Assembly (NCBI GenBank): GCA_964587045.1 | Contig: CAZPJY010000006.1 | Location: forward strand, 1-59,700 | Source: an uncultured Methanosarcinales archaeon | GTDB taxonomy: Archaea; Nanobdellota; Nanobdellia; Woesearchaeales; CAZPJY01 | DNA: 59,700 nt | Reading direction: 5' to 3' | Shown here: positions 17,303 to 26,530 of the stretch, piece after piece | How the letters are laid out: each line of letters opens with the position of its first letter | Position numbering within the stretch: position 1 is the first letter of the stretch | Position numbers and translations under genes: made by a program | Notes under the pieces: generated by a model | The model's input: only the letters and a program-made list of their open reading frames with translations | Databases searched by the model: none | Told to the model about the DNA's origin: nothing

Positions 17303-18726
17303 TGGAAGTCGACGGAAGGTACTCGCGCCAGGAGCTCATCCAGGGCTGGGACCAGGAGAGCATGGAGGCCGCATCGGTTATGATCGTCGGCAGCGGGCCT
17401 CTCGCCCAGTACGTCGCCTCCCACATGGCGGGGCTCGGTGTTGGCAGCATGTATCTGATAAGCAACTCGAAGATAGACTCCGCCCTGCCCTCAGAGTTCA
17501 TGACATCGATCCCGAGCAGCGGGCGGTTCCTCAAGGGAGCCTCGAAGGTCGAGCTGATGGCATTCATGGTCGAGGAGATCAACACGACGATTGACGTGAA
17601 GGCCATGCACACCAACTCTCTCGAGGCGCTCGTGGCGTCATACGAACCCACTGTGATAGTGGACGCTACCAACCAGCCCAGGTCGAAGATAAAGAACCTC
17701 GACATAGCGAGGAAGTACAAACGGCCCCTCATCTCCGCGTCTTGCGGTTCGTCATACGGAGAGCTCATCAGCATGCTGCCCGGCCTTGAAGATGTGGATC
17801 TCGATTGGGACTCTTTCTACCTGTCGAACTACGAGGGCAGGGAGCAGGAGCCTGCGATCAGCGGGGTAATCGCCGGCCTGGTGAGCGATGAGGTGCGGAA
17901 GAACATCTTCACGTTCGAGGGCATGACCTATTCAGACGCGCCCAATCCCAGCGGCAACGTCATCAGGTACAACCTGGCATCGCCCACCCGGAAGGGGACC
18001 CAGGACGCGCCGAGGCCCATGATGGACTACTACCAGGGGTTCTCTGCGCTCGTGGTCGGAGCTGGGGCTGTCGGGACCTATGTCGCGCTCGCCCTCGCGG
18101 CGAGGGGGTTGGGAAGGATTACCTTGGTTGACAAGGATGTGGTGGAGGGAACCAACCTCAACAGGCAGCTGCTCTACTACCGTGCCGTCGGGCAGAAGAA
18201 GGCAACCACCCTGGCGGAGAGGCTCATGATGGTCAACCCAAACGTGAGCGCCCGGGGAGTGGAGGAGTGGTACGACGAGGGCGGCATCGAACTGGTGGAG
18301 TCCGGAAACAATGGAAAGCCCTTCGATGTGGTTTTCTCATGCGTCGACTCAAACAAGGCCCGCTTCCTCATCAACGAGCACTGCGTCCGGGCAGGCGTGC
18401 CGCTGATCGAGGGAGGCTGCTCAGAATCCTCCGGCCAGGTCAGGATGTACCTTCCGGGAAGGATACCCTGCATAGACTGCCTCTTCGACCTTGCGAACTT
18501 CAAGGAGAAGAAGACTGAGAGGAGCTTCTGCGGCCAGGACGCAACGCCGAGCGTCGTCATGCCCAACTGCGTCATCGGATCCCTGATGGTCTCTGAGTCG
18601 AGGCCTGCCCTGTACCCGCTCACCTCGACGCCCATAGACAACTACATCCGGTACGACTCCCTGGGGGTCGGGGATAAGATAGGCATACAAAGAAAGGAGA
18701 GGAAGAAGAATGGCCACGAATGCTGA
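17299..18726 (+). CDS. E1-like activating enzyme with tandem ThiF domains
   Basis: N-domain RYSRQ...GSGPLA (degenerate). C-domain GAGAVG, DKDVVEGTNLNRQ, CVDSNKAR, PCIDC and SFC (candidate catalytic Cys). Confidence 0.9.
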   Translation: MMEVDGRYSRQELIQGWDQESMEAASVMIVGSGPLAQYVASHMAGLGVGSMYLISNSKIDSALPSEFMTSIPSSGRFLKGASKVELMAFMVEEINTTIDVKAMHTNSLEALVASYEPTVIVDATNQPRSKIKNLDIARKYKRPLISASCGSSYGELISMLPGLEDVDLDWDSFYLSNYEGREQEPAISGVIAGLVSDEVRKNIFTFEGMTYSDAPNPSGNVIRYNLASPTRKGTQDAPRPMMDYYQGFSALVVGAGAVGTYVALALAARGLGRITLVDKDVVEGTNLNRQLLYYRAVGQKKATTLAERLMMVNPNVSARGVEEWYDEGGIELVESGNNGKPFDVVFSCVDSNKARFLINEHCVRAGVPLIEGGCSESSGQVRMYLPGRIPCIDCLFDLANFKEKKTERSFCGQDATPSVVMPNCVIGSLMVSESRPALYPLTSTPIDNYIRYDSLGVGDKIGIQRKERKKNGHEC

Positions 18727-19876
18727 TGTCGATTTGGACACCGTCAGGCGGGAACTCGGCCCGGTTGAGATCACGAGCGAAGCTTACAGAAAGGTGAGGT
18801 ACATATCCTCGCGGGTGAGCGAGCTCTCAGGCACTCCCATGGAAGTGAGCTTCATACCACTTGATTACAAGGGCAACGGCAGTTCGGTCGTGAGGGAGGT
18901 CTATCTGCCCAAGAAACAGAAGGTAACGCCTTCGTCATGCCTGATAACCTCATCCATCACTGACCTGCACGAGCTGAAGAACGATCCTGACTGGAAGATA
19001 ATCGGATGGGGTCACTCCCACGGAGGCCACAACCTTTACTTCTCGCGGCCAGACCGCGAGGTTATCAGGTCGTATGTGGCCAACCCAAAGAACCACAACG
19101 GATCTTCCTACCATTACTCGGTCGGGCTTGTCTTCAACGACCATGAGGAGGCCTTCAAGGCTGCTTACGGAGTCGAGATGGGCGGCGAATACCACTTCAT
19201 CGACGACGTGGAAGTCAGGATCGTGGACGAGGAGAACGGGATACCCTTCGACAGGGAGGCAATCGACCGCAAGCTGGCGGAGTCCATCCTAATAGAGGGC
19301 AGGCCGCTTGAGGACTTGGTCGAAAAGCCTGACTACAAGACAAGGTATGAGGATTTGCTAGCAGAATACAACAAGGAGACGGCAAGGCTTCGGCAGGCGA
19401 TAAGCAGGCTCAGGGAGGAGAAAGGCTCGCTGCTCGAGCGGCTGGTGGAGGAAGCGGTGCCGGTTGAAACCGCACTCTACGACCGCCTCGGCACATCTTA
19501 CAGACAGAACCTGGAGACATACAAGGATCTTTACGACATAAAGCCAGGAAGTGGAGCGGTCGATGATGTCGTGGAGGTTATCAGTGGCAGTTACAAAAAG
19601 GACGGCAAGCGGCTGTGGACATGGGAGTCCAGGGTGAGCGAGGTCGAGAGCATCCTGGAGGGTGAGATGACCAGCCTCGACGTGAAGAAGGCGGTGGACC
19701 TGATGAACGTCATAAGCACCAACAAGTACCTGGCCAAGAAGCACCCCGAAAAGCTCAGCAAGCTGTACATGGCCTTGGCCAAGCGCACAGTGAAGAAGAA
19801 AGGTGGTAAAGATGCAAAAAAAAGAGCTGGATCTGATAAGGCTGCTAAGAAACGACGCGCGAATAAGTCTGGCTGA
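18710..19876 (+). CDS. JAB/MPN+ metalloprotease 2 with a C-terminal helical region
   Basis: MEVSF (Glu), IIGWGHSHGGHNLYFSRPD. Confidence 0.85.
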   Translation: MATNADVDLDTVRRELGPVEITSEAYRKVRYISSRVSELSGTPMEVSFIPLDYKGNGSSVVREVYLPKKQKVTPSSCLITSSITDLHELKNDPDWKIIGWGHSHGGHNLYFSRPDREVIRSYVANPKNHNGSSYHYSVGLVFNDHEEAFKAAYGVEMGGEYHFIDDVEVRIVDEENGIPFDREAIDRKLAESILIEGRPLEDLVEKPDYKTRYEDLLAEYNKETARLRQAISRLREEKGSLLERLVEEAVPVETALYDRLGTSYRQNLETYKDLYDIKPGSGAVDDVVEVISGSYKKDGKRLWTWESRVSEVESILEGEMTSLDVKKAVDLMNVISTNKYLAKKHPEKLSKLYMALAKRTVKKKGGKDAKKRAGSDKAAKKRRANKSG

Positions 19877-20249
19877 TATAGGACGCAAGACCGGAATGCC
19901 GATCAGCACGGTGTTCGACAAGATGGGCAAGCTGGGCCCCCTGCTTCGGAGGACCGTGGCCATCCCGGATTTCATCCAGCTGGGGTACTCTGTGAGAGTG
20001 GGCTTCCTGATCAAGACCCCAAAGCGGGACCAACTGAGGGAAGTGCTGCAGAGCCATCCCAATGTGAACACGCTGTACAGGATAACCAACGGGTATGACT
20101 ACTACCTCGAGGCCATATTCAGGAATCACGGCGAGCTCGAGGAGTTTGAAGAGGCCATCGACAGGCTGGTCACGAGCAAAATCAAGTTCCACACAGTGGA
20201 GATACTAAACCAGGAGAAGTTCATGACAGGGGAATGCAATGTCTGTTGA
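19812..20249 (+). CDS. Lrp/AsnC family transcriptional regulator
   Basis: DLIRLLRNDARISLADIGRKTG HTH; YRITNGYDY RAM-like domain. Confidence 0.85.
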   Translation: MQKKELDLIRLLRNDARISLADIGRKTGMPISTVFDKMGKLGPLLRRTVAIPDFIQLGYSVRVGFLIKTPKRDQLREVLQSHPNVNTLYRITNGYDYYLEAIFRNHGELEEFEEAIDRLVTSKIKFHTVEILNQEKFMTGECNVC

Positions 20250-20781
20250 CGACAAGATAAGGAGGCTGATGGCCTACCGGCATAGCGGCAGCGAGGATAA
20301 GGTCCGGAGGCTGGTCAACTTCGAGAGCGAGGACCAAAGCGCCCTTAGGAAGCTGCTCGAAAAGGAAGCGGAAGGCGAGCTGCAGGCAGCCTATGAACTC
20401 TCCCTGCAAGCGGTGCAGCTCTACCCTACAAAGCAGGTATTCCCGGTGATCGCGGCCAGGATAGGCTGCGCGCTTGGCGAGGAGGAAGAGGCGGCGAGGC
20501 TGATGTCTGAGCTGAATCCCGAGTCGCTGCCGGCGACCTGCCTGCCCGACGCCTCTTACGTCTACGGCAGACTCGGCATGGTAGAGGTGTCCCTGTCGCT
20601 CATGAGGAAGGCTGCAGCGAGAGATCCGTCCAGGTCCACGCTTCTGAGGGCGGGCGACCATTTCTACAGGCACGGATGGTACGACGAGGCCTACAGATGC
20701 TACCTCGAGGCCGGAGAGCGATCGCTGGACGACGCCCTCAACGAGAAGATCTCCAAGAGCAGGCGCAAGTGCGGGAGGTGA
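20239..20781 (+). CDS. TPR-like helical repeat protein
   Basis: Repeated helical hairpins (AGDHFYRHGWYDEAYRCY). Confidence 0.6.
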   Translation: MSVDDKIRRLMAYRHSGSEDKVRRLVNFESEDQSALRKLLEKEAEGELQAAYELSLQAVQLYPTKQVFPVIAARIGCALGEEEEAARLMSELNPESLPATCLPDASYVYGRLGMVEVSLSLMRKAAARDPSRSTLLRAGDHFYRHGWYDEAYRCYLEAGERSLDDALNEKISKSRRKCGR

Positions 20782-20787
20782 ACAGGC

Positions 20788-21429
20788 TTGTCTGACTACT
20801 ACCTCCTCAAGAAGATCAAGGAGCAGAACAGGAGGAAGAACTACGAGCTCCTCGAGAAGATCAAGGTCGACATCCGCGCCGACAAGGAGCAGGAGCGCAT
20901 CAGGCGAAAGATAAGGGAATCGATCAGCTCGCACACCCTTGACCTGGATGACATCCTTGACAAGTACCAGGTCATCATCACCGACAGGAGCGAGGACTTC
21001 CCATTCATCTACTCAAAGGACCTCACCGAGGTCAACAGGATCACAAGGGACCTCCCTACCAGGATGGATAAGGCGAGAGCCATCTTCGGCTGGTTCGAGG
21101 AAAACATCAACTACTCAAAATCTGGTGATGTGGGTTACAGGAACTCCGAAGAGGTCTACTGCCAGAAGCAGGGGATCTGCGGGGAGATGTCTTACCTCTA
21201 CATCACCCTGGCCAGGTCGGCAGGGATGCAGGCTGAGATGGCCTACGTCGACAGGGACGCTTACGGAAAGGAAGTCCATCACGCCTGCGCATGGGTAAGC
21301 GTTGAAGGAGGGGACATTTTGGTGGATCCGGCCTACCACGCCTTCGGCATCAGGCACGAGAGCTATAGGACACTCTCGGACAGGGAGGTGACAGAGCTGT
21401 TCAGGGACTGGAGGTATTGCCATGCATGA
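20788..21429 (+). CDS. Transglutaminase-like (Cys-His-Asp) protein
   Basis: KARAIFGW, GICGEMSYLY, HHACAWV, LVDPAY. Confidence 0.85.
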   Translation: MSDYYLLKKIKEQNRRKNYELLEKIKVDIRADKEQERIRRKIRESISSHTLDLDDILDKYQVIITDRSEDFPFIYSKDLTEVNRITRDLPTRMDKARAIFGWFEENINYSKSGDVGYRNSEEVYCQKQGICGEMSYLYITLARSAGMQAEMAYVDRDAYGKEVHHACAWVSVEGGDILVDPAYHAFGIRHESYRTLSDREVTELFRDWRYCHA

Positions 21430-23089
21430 GGCTAGGGACAGGATCGCATCCATTGTACAGGACTACGACGATGTGAGCTGGGAAGAGCATGGATTAGGCG
21501 ACGAAGCATCGCTCTACTCATCACTCAAGCTTAGGGAATGGGAGCGGGTTCCACTCCCGCGCTCGCCCAACCCGCATGATTACATAACAGCCCAGAGATA
21601 CCTGGACAAACTGAAGCACAGGTCTCTCGAAAACGCGGTAGTTGAAGCCAACACTATTGAAGACCTGATCCTTATCCTTTACCTAGACGGCTTCCCATCC
21701 CGCTCTGGAAGCGGTAGCATGATGGATGCGATCGACAACCACCTCGGCGGACACCTCACACAGATGCGCTTGGGTGAGCTCAAAGCTTTGGAGGACCGAA
21801 TCAATAGCCTGCAGGCCAGGGCGTCCCGCATAAGTGGCGGGTTCTCTGAGGCCCAGGAGGTGATGGACCTGATGGCTGAGGAAAAGGCACTAAGTGCGAT
21901 GACATTCACCCAGCTGCCCCTGCCCCAGGTCCAGGAAGCGTACGAGGCGACTGCCGGGATGCTTTTAAGCGCTTCGGAGAAGGTTGGCGCAGCGGTGAAG
22001 CTATTCTCGGAGACGCTCGCCGGCATGAGGTCGTCCCTCGAAGACGATCTGGAAGGATTGAGCGTGGAGGGCGCCGGATTCGCTTCAAAGCTCAGGAGGA
22101 TATCCGCAAGGCTTGAGAAGATGTCAATTCCTTTAAGCACCTCTCATCTGGAATGGTACGAAAGCTTTGAGGGGCGTATTGAGAGCAAGAAACAGGAGAG
22201 GCAAGAATACAACAGTCACTCTGCACAGCTGAGGAGAATCACTTCCAAAATCCAGGACCTGCGGGAATCCTCTGACCGCCTGACTTTCCAAATCCTGTTG
22301 CCCGGATGCGCCAAGCTCAAAGAATACGCCCAGGCGCTGCCGTCCGTCCCCTCGGTTACCTATCCCTCACTGGAAGAGTCGGTCGCCCAGGCCAAGCGGG
22401 CCCGGGAGGAGGCTGTTGCCGCGCTTGATGGGAAGTGGCAGGAGGCGAAGATGAGGATAGAGCAGATTCTGCAGGTCGGCAAGGCCTACGAGGACGCAGT
22501 CAGCCTGAGCCCCCAGCTGGAGAGCAGGGCATATGATGTATCAGCCAGGCTGGGGCAGGCCCTCGATGCTTCGGAGTCAATCGGTTACACCAGCGGAGCC
22601 GAAAAAGCCAGGCGTTTCCTCGCGGCGCTGCAGGGCAAGCTGGAGGACCGGGTCCGATGCAGGGAGAATTGCAACATGCTCATGAGGATAGGGAACAGGT
22701 TCAGGAAGGTGTCCAAGCCTTTCAGGAGGGCTGTTGGGAAAGACCTGGACGACTACGCACTCGACGTCGTGGGTTCGAGCTTCGACAGCTTCTGCAAATT
22801 CCGCCAGGATCTGCTGGGTATGGTGTCACACCCAAAGACCAACTCCCAAAGGGAAGCTTTGCTGAGGGCTGTCGAGCAGGCCATGATTGATTCCCGGAAC
22901 TACGCCAGGCGGCAGTCGGCTCTCCTCGAACGGTTCTCCACGTTCTGCGAGGGCAAGTACGAAAGGACCAGGGGATGGGACCCGTTCGGGAGGAAGCAGC
23001 GCACATACGAGCGGCTGAAGGTGGTGGCGAAGGCATACGCAGTGTATTCGGCCAAGCTCGACAGGATGGCGGGTGATATGGATGGGTGA
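21422..23089 (+). CDS. Large alpha-helical hypothetical protein
   Basis: 555 aa, helical/coiled-coil composition, overlaps both neighbours. Confidence 0.65.
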   Translation: MHEARDRIASIVQDYDDVSWEEHGLGDEASLYSSLKLREWERVPLPRSPNPHDYITAQRYLDKLKHRSLENAVVEANTIEDLILILYLDGFPSRSGSGSMMDAIDNHLGGHLTQMRLGELKALEDRINSLQARASRISGGFSEAQEVMDLMAEEKALSAMTFTQLPLPQVQEAYEATAGMLLSASEKVGAAVKLFSETLAGMRSSLEDDLEGLSVEGAGFASKLRRISARLEKMSIPLSTSHLEWYESFEGRIESKKQERQEYNSHSAQLRRITSKIQDLRESSDRLTFQILLPGCAKLKEYAQALPSVPSVTYPSLEESVAQAKRAREEAVAALDGKWQEAKMRIEQILQVGKAYEDAVSLSPQLESRAYDVSARLGQALDASESIGYTSGAEKARRFLAALQGKLEDRVRCRENCNMLMRIGNRFRKVSKPFRRAVGKDLDDYALDVVGSSFDSFCKFRQDLLGMVSHPKTNSQREALLRAVEQAMIDSRNYARRQSALLERFSTFCEGKYERTRGWDPFGRKQRTYERLKVVAKAYAVYSAKLDRMAGDMDG

Positions 23090-23516
23090 TGCAGAACGGA
23101 GGTTCAAGCGGATACTGGACTCTGCCAAGGCGCCGAGGAAGGGCAGGCTGAAGAACCTGCTCATCTGCGGGCTGGTGGCAGGTTGCGGGCTGAGCTACTA
23201 CGCCGGCATGCACCACGTATCGCCGGAGGCCGCGGAAGATGAGCTGGCAAGATACGCAGGGCCCGTCGCGGGATTGTTCGGGATAGAGAGCGTGATGCCT
23301 CCGCCTGAAGATTCCTTCAAGGACTATGTATACCTCGTCAAGAGGGATGACCGGCTCTGGGACATCGCTCAGAAATACGCAGGCGACCCCTACCTTTGGA
23401 AGGAGATTGCAGATTACAACCACAAGCCATGCGGCATGCTCTCGGAAGGGGAGGAGCTGCTGCTTCCTAAACACATCGTCAGGTTCGCTGACGGGCTGCA
23501 ACCTGCGAAACCTTAA
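23082..23516 (+). CDS. Membrane-anchored LysM domain protein
   Basis: TM helix, then YLVKRDDRLWDIAQKYAGDPYLWKEIADYN..LSEGEELLLP. Confidence 0.85.
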   Translation: MGDAERRFKRILDSAKAPRKGRLKNLLICGLVAGCGLSYYAGMHHVSPEAAEDELARYAGPVAGLFGIESVMPPPEDSFKDYVYLVKRDDRLWDIAQKYAGDPYLWKEIADYNHKPCGMLSEGEELLLPKHIVRFADGLQPAKP

Positions 23517-23542
23517 TATAGCGGTAAGGCAAGTGACTTCTC

Positions 23543-23896
23543 ATGGACCTGTCACCGCTTGTGATTACCAAGTTCGCAATCGAGATAATCGCCATCGCGT
23601 TCCTGACCTACACGTTCTTCGACCTGATGTACGTCGACAGCAGGATAAAGAAGAGCCAGATTGCCGAGAGGTTCGAGATATTCCACAGGTACAAGATATT
23701 CCGCTCTGCGCTGATTTACATCGTGGTCGCGCTCTACTTCTTCCTGCTCTCAAGGATCGCCTTCTATTTCACCGACAACATGGTATTCCAGGACTCGCTC
23801 GTGATCATCGGCGACCTCTTCGTGATAGTGTTCACTCTCAACATGTTCAGGATGGTGAGGCACTACGCCGAGATCCACGGCATCAACAAATCTTAA
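23543..23896 (+). CDS. Three-TM membrane protein
   Basis: Three hydrophobic helices; TATA-like element near 23513. Confidence 0.7.
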   Translation: MDLSPLVITKFAIEIIAIAFLTYTFFDLMYVDSRIKKSQIAERFEIFHRYKIFRSALIYIVVALYFFLLSRIAFYFTDNMVFQDSLVIIGDLFVIVFTLNMFRMVRHYAEIHGINKS

Positions 23897-23922
23897 ATAA
23901 TAACGCGTTCTTGCTAGTGGCA

Positions 23923-24588
23923 ATGGAAGATGAGATACTGAAGGACATGCGAGACGCGGCTGATTCCGAGGAGAAGCCCAAAAAGAGGTGGTTCTCGCCA
24001 GCCATAGCCGCCCCACTGATGATATTCCTCCTGGTGCTGATGGTGATCCCCTACTATGGGGTCAGGCTTAGTCCCGAGCCGAGGAACATACCCACTCTCA
24101 ATTCCTTGACCGGCGGAGACTTCGTGATGACCAACACTTCGGTGCCGAGAAACCAGATCCTGCTGCAGGTCAACCCAAACGACCCGGTGGTAAAGCAGAT
24201 CGCGTCGCGCATCGCTGTCCAGTCCTGCCCGTCAGGGGCAAGGCTCTGCCAGGCCAAGGCTATCTACTATTTTGTCAGGGACAACATAAAATATGTGGGC
24301 GACCCTCCTGACGAGTACGTCGAGAGCCCTGCTGAGGTCCTGTATGTCGGAGGCGCTGACTGCGACGGACACGCCGTTCTGCTGGGCAGCATGCTGGAGG
24401 CGATAGGCGTGCACTCCAGGTACGTGTTCATGCCCGGCCACGTTTACAACAGCGCCTACCTGCCTGACGCGAAGAAGAGCATAAGGGGCGACGATGACTA
24501 TGTCGAGCTCGACGCGACGTGCAAGACCTGCGACTTCGGTGAGCTGCCGCCGTTCCAGGCAGAAAAGACCTTGAGAGTTGTGGGTTGA
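23923..24588 (+). CDS. Membrane-anchored transglutaminase-like protein
   Basis: TM helix; AKAIYYFVRDNIKY, GADCDGHAVL, PGHVY, ELDAT. Confidence 0.8.
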   Translation: MEDEILKDMRDAADSEEKPKKRWFSPAIAAPLMIFLLVLMVIPYYGVRLSPEPRNIPTLNSLTGGDFVMTNTSVPRNQILLQVNPNDPVVKQIASRIAVQSCPSGARLCQAKAIYYFVRDNIKYVGDPPDEYVESPAEVLYVGGADCDGHAVLLGSMLEAIGVHSRYVFMPGHVYNSAYLPDAKKSIRGDDDYVELDATCKTCDFGELPPFQAEKTLRVVG

Positions 24589-24618
24589 AGGAGTACTTAT
24601 GAGAGTCTTTGCATTTAA

Positions 24619-25506
24619 TCAACCTTCTTCGACATAGTCCCTGACCGCGGTGACCTTGTAGCTCCGGCCGACCTTCTCCCTCTTTATCATGCTCTTGTAC
24701 TCAAGGTTGGAGACCACGGCAGACACCTTTGACTTGGACCACGACAATTTCGAGCAAATCTCCTTTTGGCTGAGGGTCCCCTTGCCTATCGCGGACAGCA
24801 CCTTCTTCTCGTCAGGGCTCAGCAGGGACGCGGGCACCACCGGCCACACCTCCTTGCGGTTCTCCCTCCAGAGCGCTATCACGAATCCGGCGCCCATGCC
24901 CGCTGCAAGGATGATTACCATGATGAGCCAGACGCCCCATTGCTCCTCGCCCACTCCTGTTATCGATGTCTCCAGACTCTCATGACCCCTGTAGCGGATG
25001 AAGTACCGGGTTGGCAGTTCCGGACGCGTGGCGCTCCAAAGCACTGAGATCGCCCTGCCGTCAGTGAGGATAGAAGAGGGCAGGGGCACCACAGGGGTCT
25101 CTCCTCCAAGGTCCAGGTAGGTTCCTATCGGGAGCTGCATGCTGTAGGTGAAGCTCTCCGGCGTGGAGGGCAGGTTGAGGGTGCGCGAGAAGGAAAACGT
25201 GTCATCCCCTAGATCTAGGACGACCTTGGGCAGGTCGTACGAGACCGAGACCTCGCACTGGGTGCAGTCAAGGCTTACATTGACCTCAGAAGCGGGCTGC
25301 CCGTTGACGAGGATGCCCTTTGCGCCTTGCGGCAGCGTGAGCGTGAAACTGCTGGTGGTGACATTGCTCATGAGGATGGATACGCTCTCCCGGACCGAGC
25401 CGTCATCTGCCAGAACGTCATCTATTGCGACCTCATCAAGGATGAGTGCTGATGAGGATCCTGCAATCAGCAGCAGGACCAAAAAACTCAACACATAAAT
25501 TCGCAT
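24619..25506 (-). CDS. Membrane-bound regulator (extracellular domain, TM, C-terminal winged HTH)
   Basis: Signal peptide, TM helix, LSPDEKKVL...SQKEI...WSKSKVSAVVSNLE...IKREKVGR. Confidence 0.75.
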   Translation of the reverse strand: MRIYVLSFLVLLLIAGSSSALILDEVAIDDVLADDGSVRESVSILMSNVTTSSFTLTLPQGAKGILVNGQPASEVNVSLDCTQCEVSVSYDLPKVVLDLGDDTFSFSRTLNLPSTPESFTYSMQLPIGTYLDLGGETPVVPLPSSILTDGRAISVLWSATRPELPTRYFIRYRGHESLETSITGVGEEQWGVWLIMVIILAAGMGAGFVIALWRENRKEVWPVVPASLLSPDEKKVLSAIGKGTLSQKEICSKLSWSKSKVSAVVSNLEYKSMIKREKVGRSYKVTAVRDYVEEG

Positions 25507-25517
25507 AGGCTGCGGAA

Positions 25518-25578
25518 AGTTCTGAACTATTTAATTCTATTGTTGAAAAGGCCGGCTCTCCGAGGAAGGTTCTGAACT
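25518..25578. promoter_or_regulatory. Two copies of palindromic RGTTCTGAACT, 50 bp apart
   Basis: AGTTCTGAACT 25518-25528 and GGTTCTGAACT 25568-25578 in a divergent intergenic region. Confidence 0.5.
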
Positions 25579-25706
25579 TTCGTGGGCCCATATTTTGCCT
25601 TCTGGGGCTGTTTTGGGCCATCCTCCGGAAATACGGTTCGGACGCTAAGCAGAGATGAAATAAATACTACAAGCCATTCCGGACGAGCTGGCGAAAAAGG
25701 CCGGAG

Positions 25707-26294
25707 ATGATAATCATGGGATTGAAGACATTGTTCGCACTGCTCGCTGTCATAATGATACTTGGTGCCATCGCTGTAGCTGCTGAGGATGATCATGAGG
25801 ATGACCACGAGGACGACCATTGGGAATCGGATGACGAATGGGATTTCAGTGACGACTTCCAGGAACCGGTGATAATCGCGACACCTGTTGTGGAACCTGT
25901 CGTCGAACCGGTAGTAGATTCTGCCCCGCAGGTCGAGAACCAGACACCTGATGTCGTTGTCACCCCAGTTGAAATACCCATCATGAAGGACACCTCGATG
26001 GAAGATGACGACGGGGACGGCATACTGAACAAGGATGACCTCTACCCGGGCCAAAACGACCTCCTTATGCGCGACAGCGACGGAGACGGCACGGTCGACC
26101 TGTTCGACGTGCATCCGGGAGAAGACGACGCCGGCTACTATGATGTGGACGGAGACGGGATCATGGACAAAAACGACAGCGACACTACGAGACCAACAGA
26201 CAAGGACCATGACGGGATTGATGACGCCTACGATCCGCACGACGACAGGTCCTTCGTCGTTAGGATGCTCGTGTGGCTCGGAATGATGAGGTGA
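25707..26294 (+). CDS. Secreted acidic protein with DxDxDG (TSP3-like) Ca-binding repeats
   Basis: Signal peptide, EDDH repeats, DDDGDGI / DSDGDGT / DVDGDGI / DKDHDGI. Confidence 0.75.
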   Translation: MIIMGLKTLFALLAVIMILGAIAVAAEDDHEDDHEDDHWESDDEWDFSDDFQEPVIIATPVVEPVVEPVVDSAPQVENQTPDVVVTPVEIPIMKDTSMEDDDGDGILNKDDLYPGQNDLLMRDSDGDGTVDLFDVHPGEDDAGYYDVDGDGIMDKNDSDTTRPTDKDHDGIDDAYDPHDDRSFVVRMLVWLGMMR

Positions 26295-26296
26295 AA

Positions 26297-26527
26297 ATGA
26301 TGGTTGTGATTCAGTACAAGAAGAAATCCTGCATCGGAGCTGGAGAGTGCGAAGCGGTAAGCCCGGCTCTCTGGAAGGTGCTCAACGACGGCAAGGCGGA
26401 GCTAAAAGGCGCCAAGCTCAATGAGGACACCGGCCTGTACGAGCTGGAGGTCGATGACGCGCTTGTAAAGGAGCAGGAGCTGGTCATAAGAAGCTGCCCG
26501 GCCAACTGCATAACGCTGAGGCGGTGA
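26297..26527 (+). CDS. Ferredoxin (3Fe-4S type)
   Basis: CIGAGEC...SCPANCI. Confidence 0.85.
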   Translation: MMVVIQYKKKSCIGAGECEAVSPALWKVLNDGKAELKGAKLNEDTGLYELEVDDALVKEQELVIRSCPANCITLRR

Positions 26528-26530
26528 GCA

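Noticed and set aside
17299..18726. ThiF/MoeB for thiamine or molybdopterin biosynthesis
   Set aside because: No cofactor biosynthesis genes nearby; the context is E2/JAB and the domain is duplicated
8489..23516. Provirus or integrated mobile element
   Set aside because: No integrase, terminase, capsid or att-like repeat recognised; composition looks similar to the flanks by eye
23326..23922. N-terminal extension of the 420-aa ORF
   Set aside because: Overlaps the LysM and three-TM genes in other frames; the real start is likely 23923
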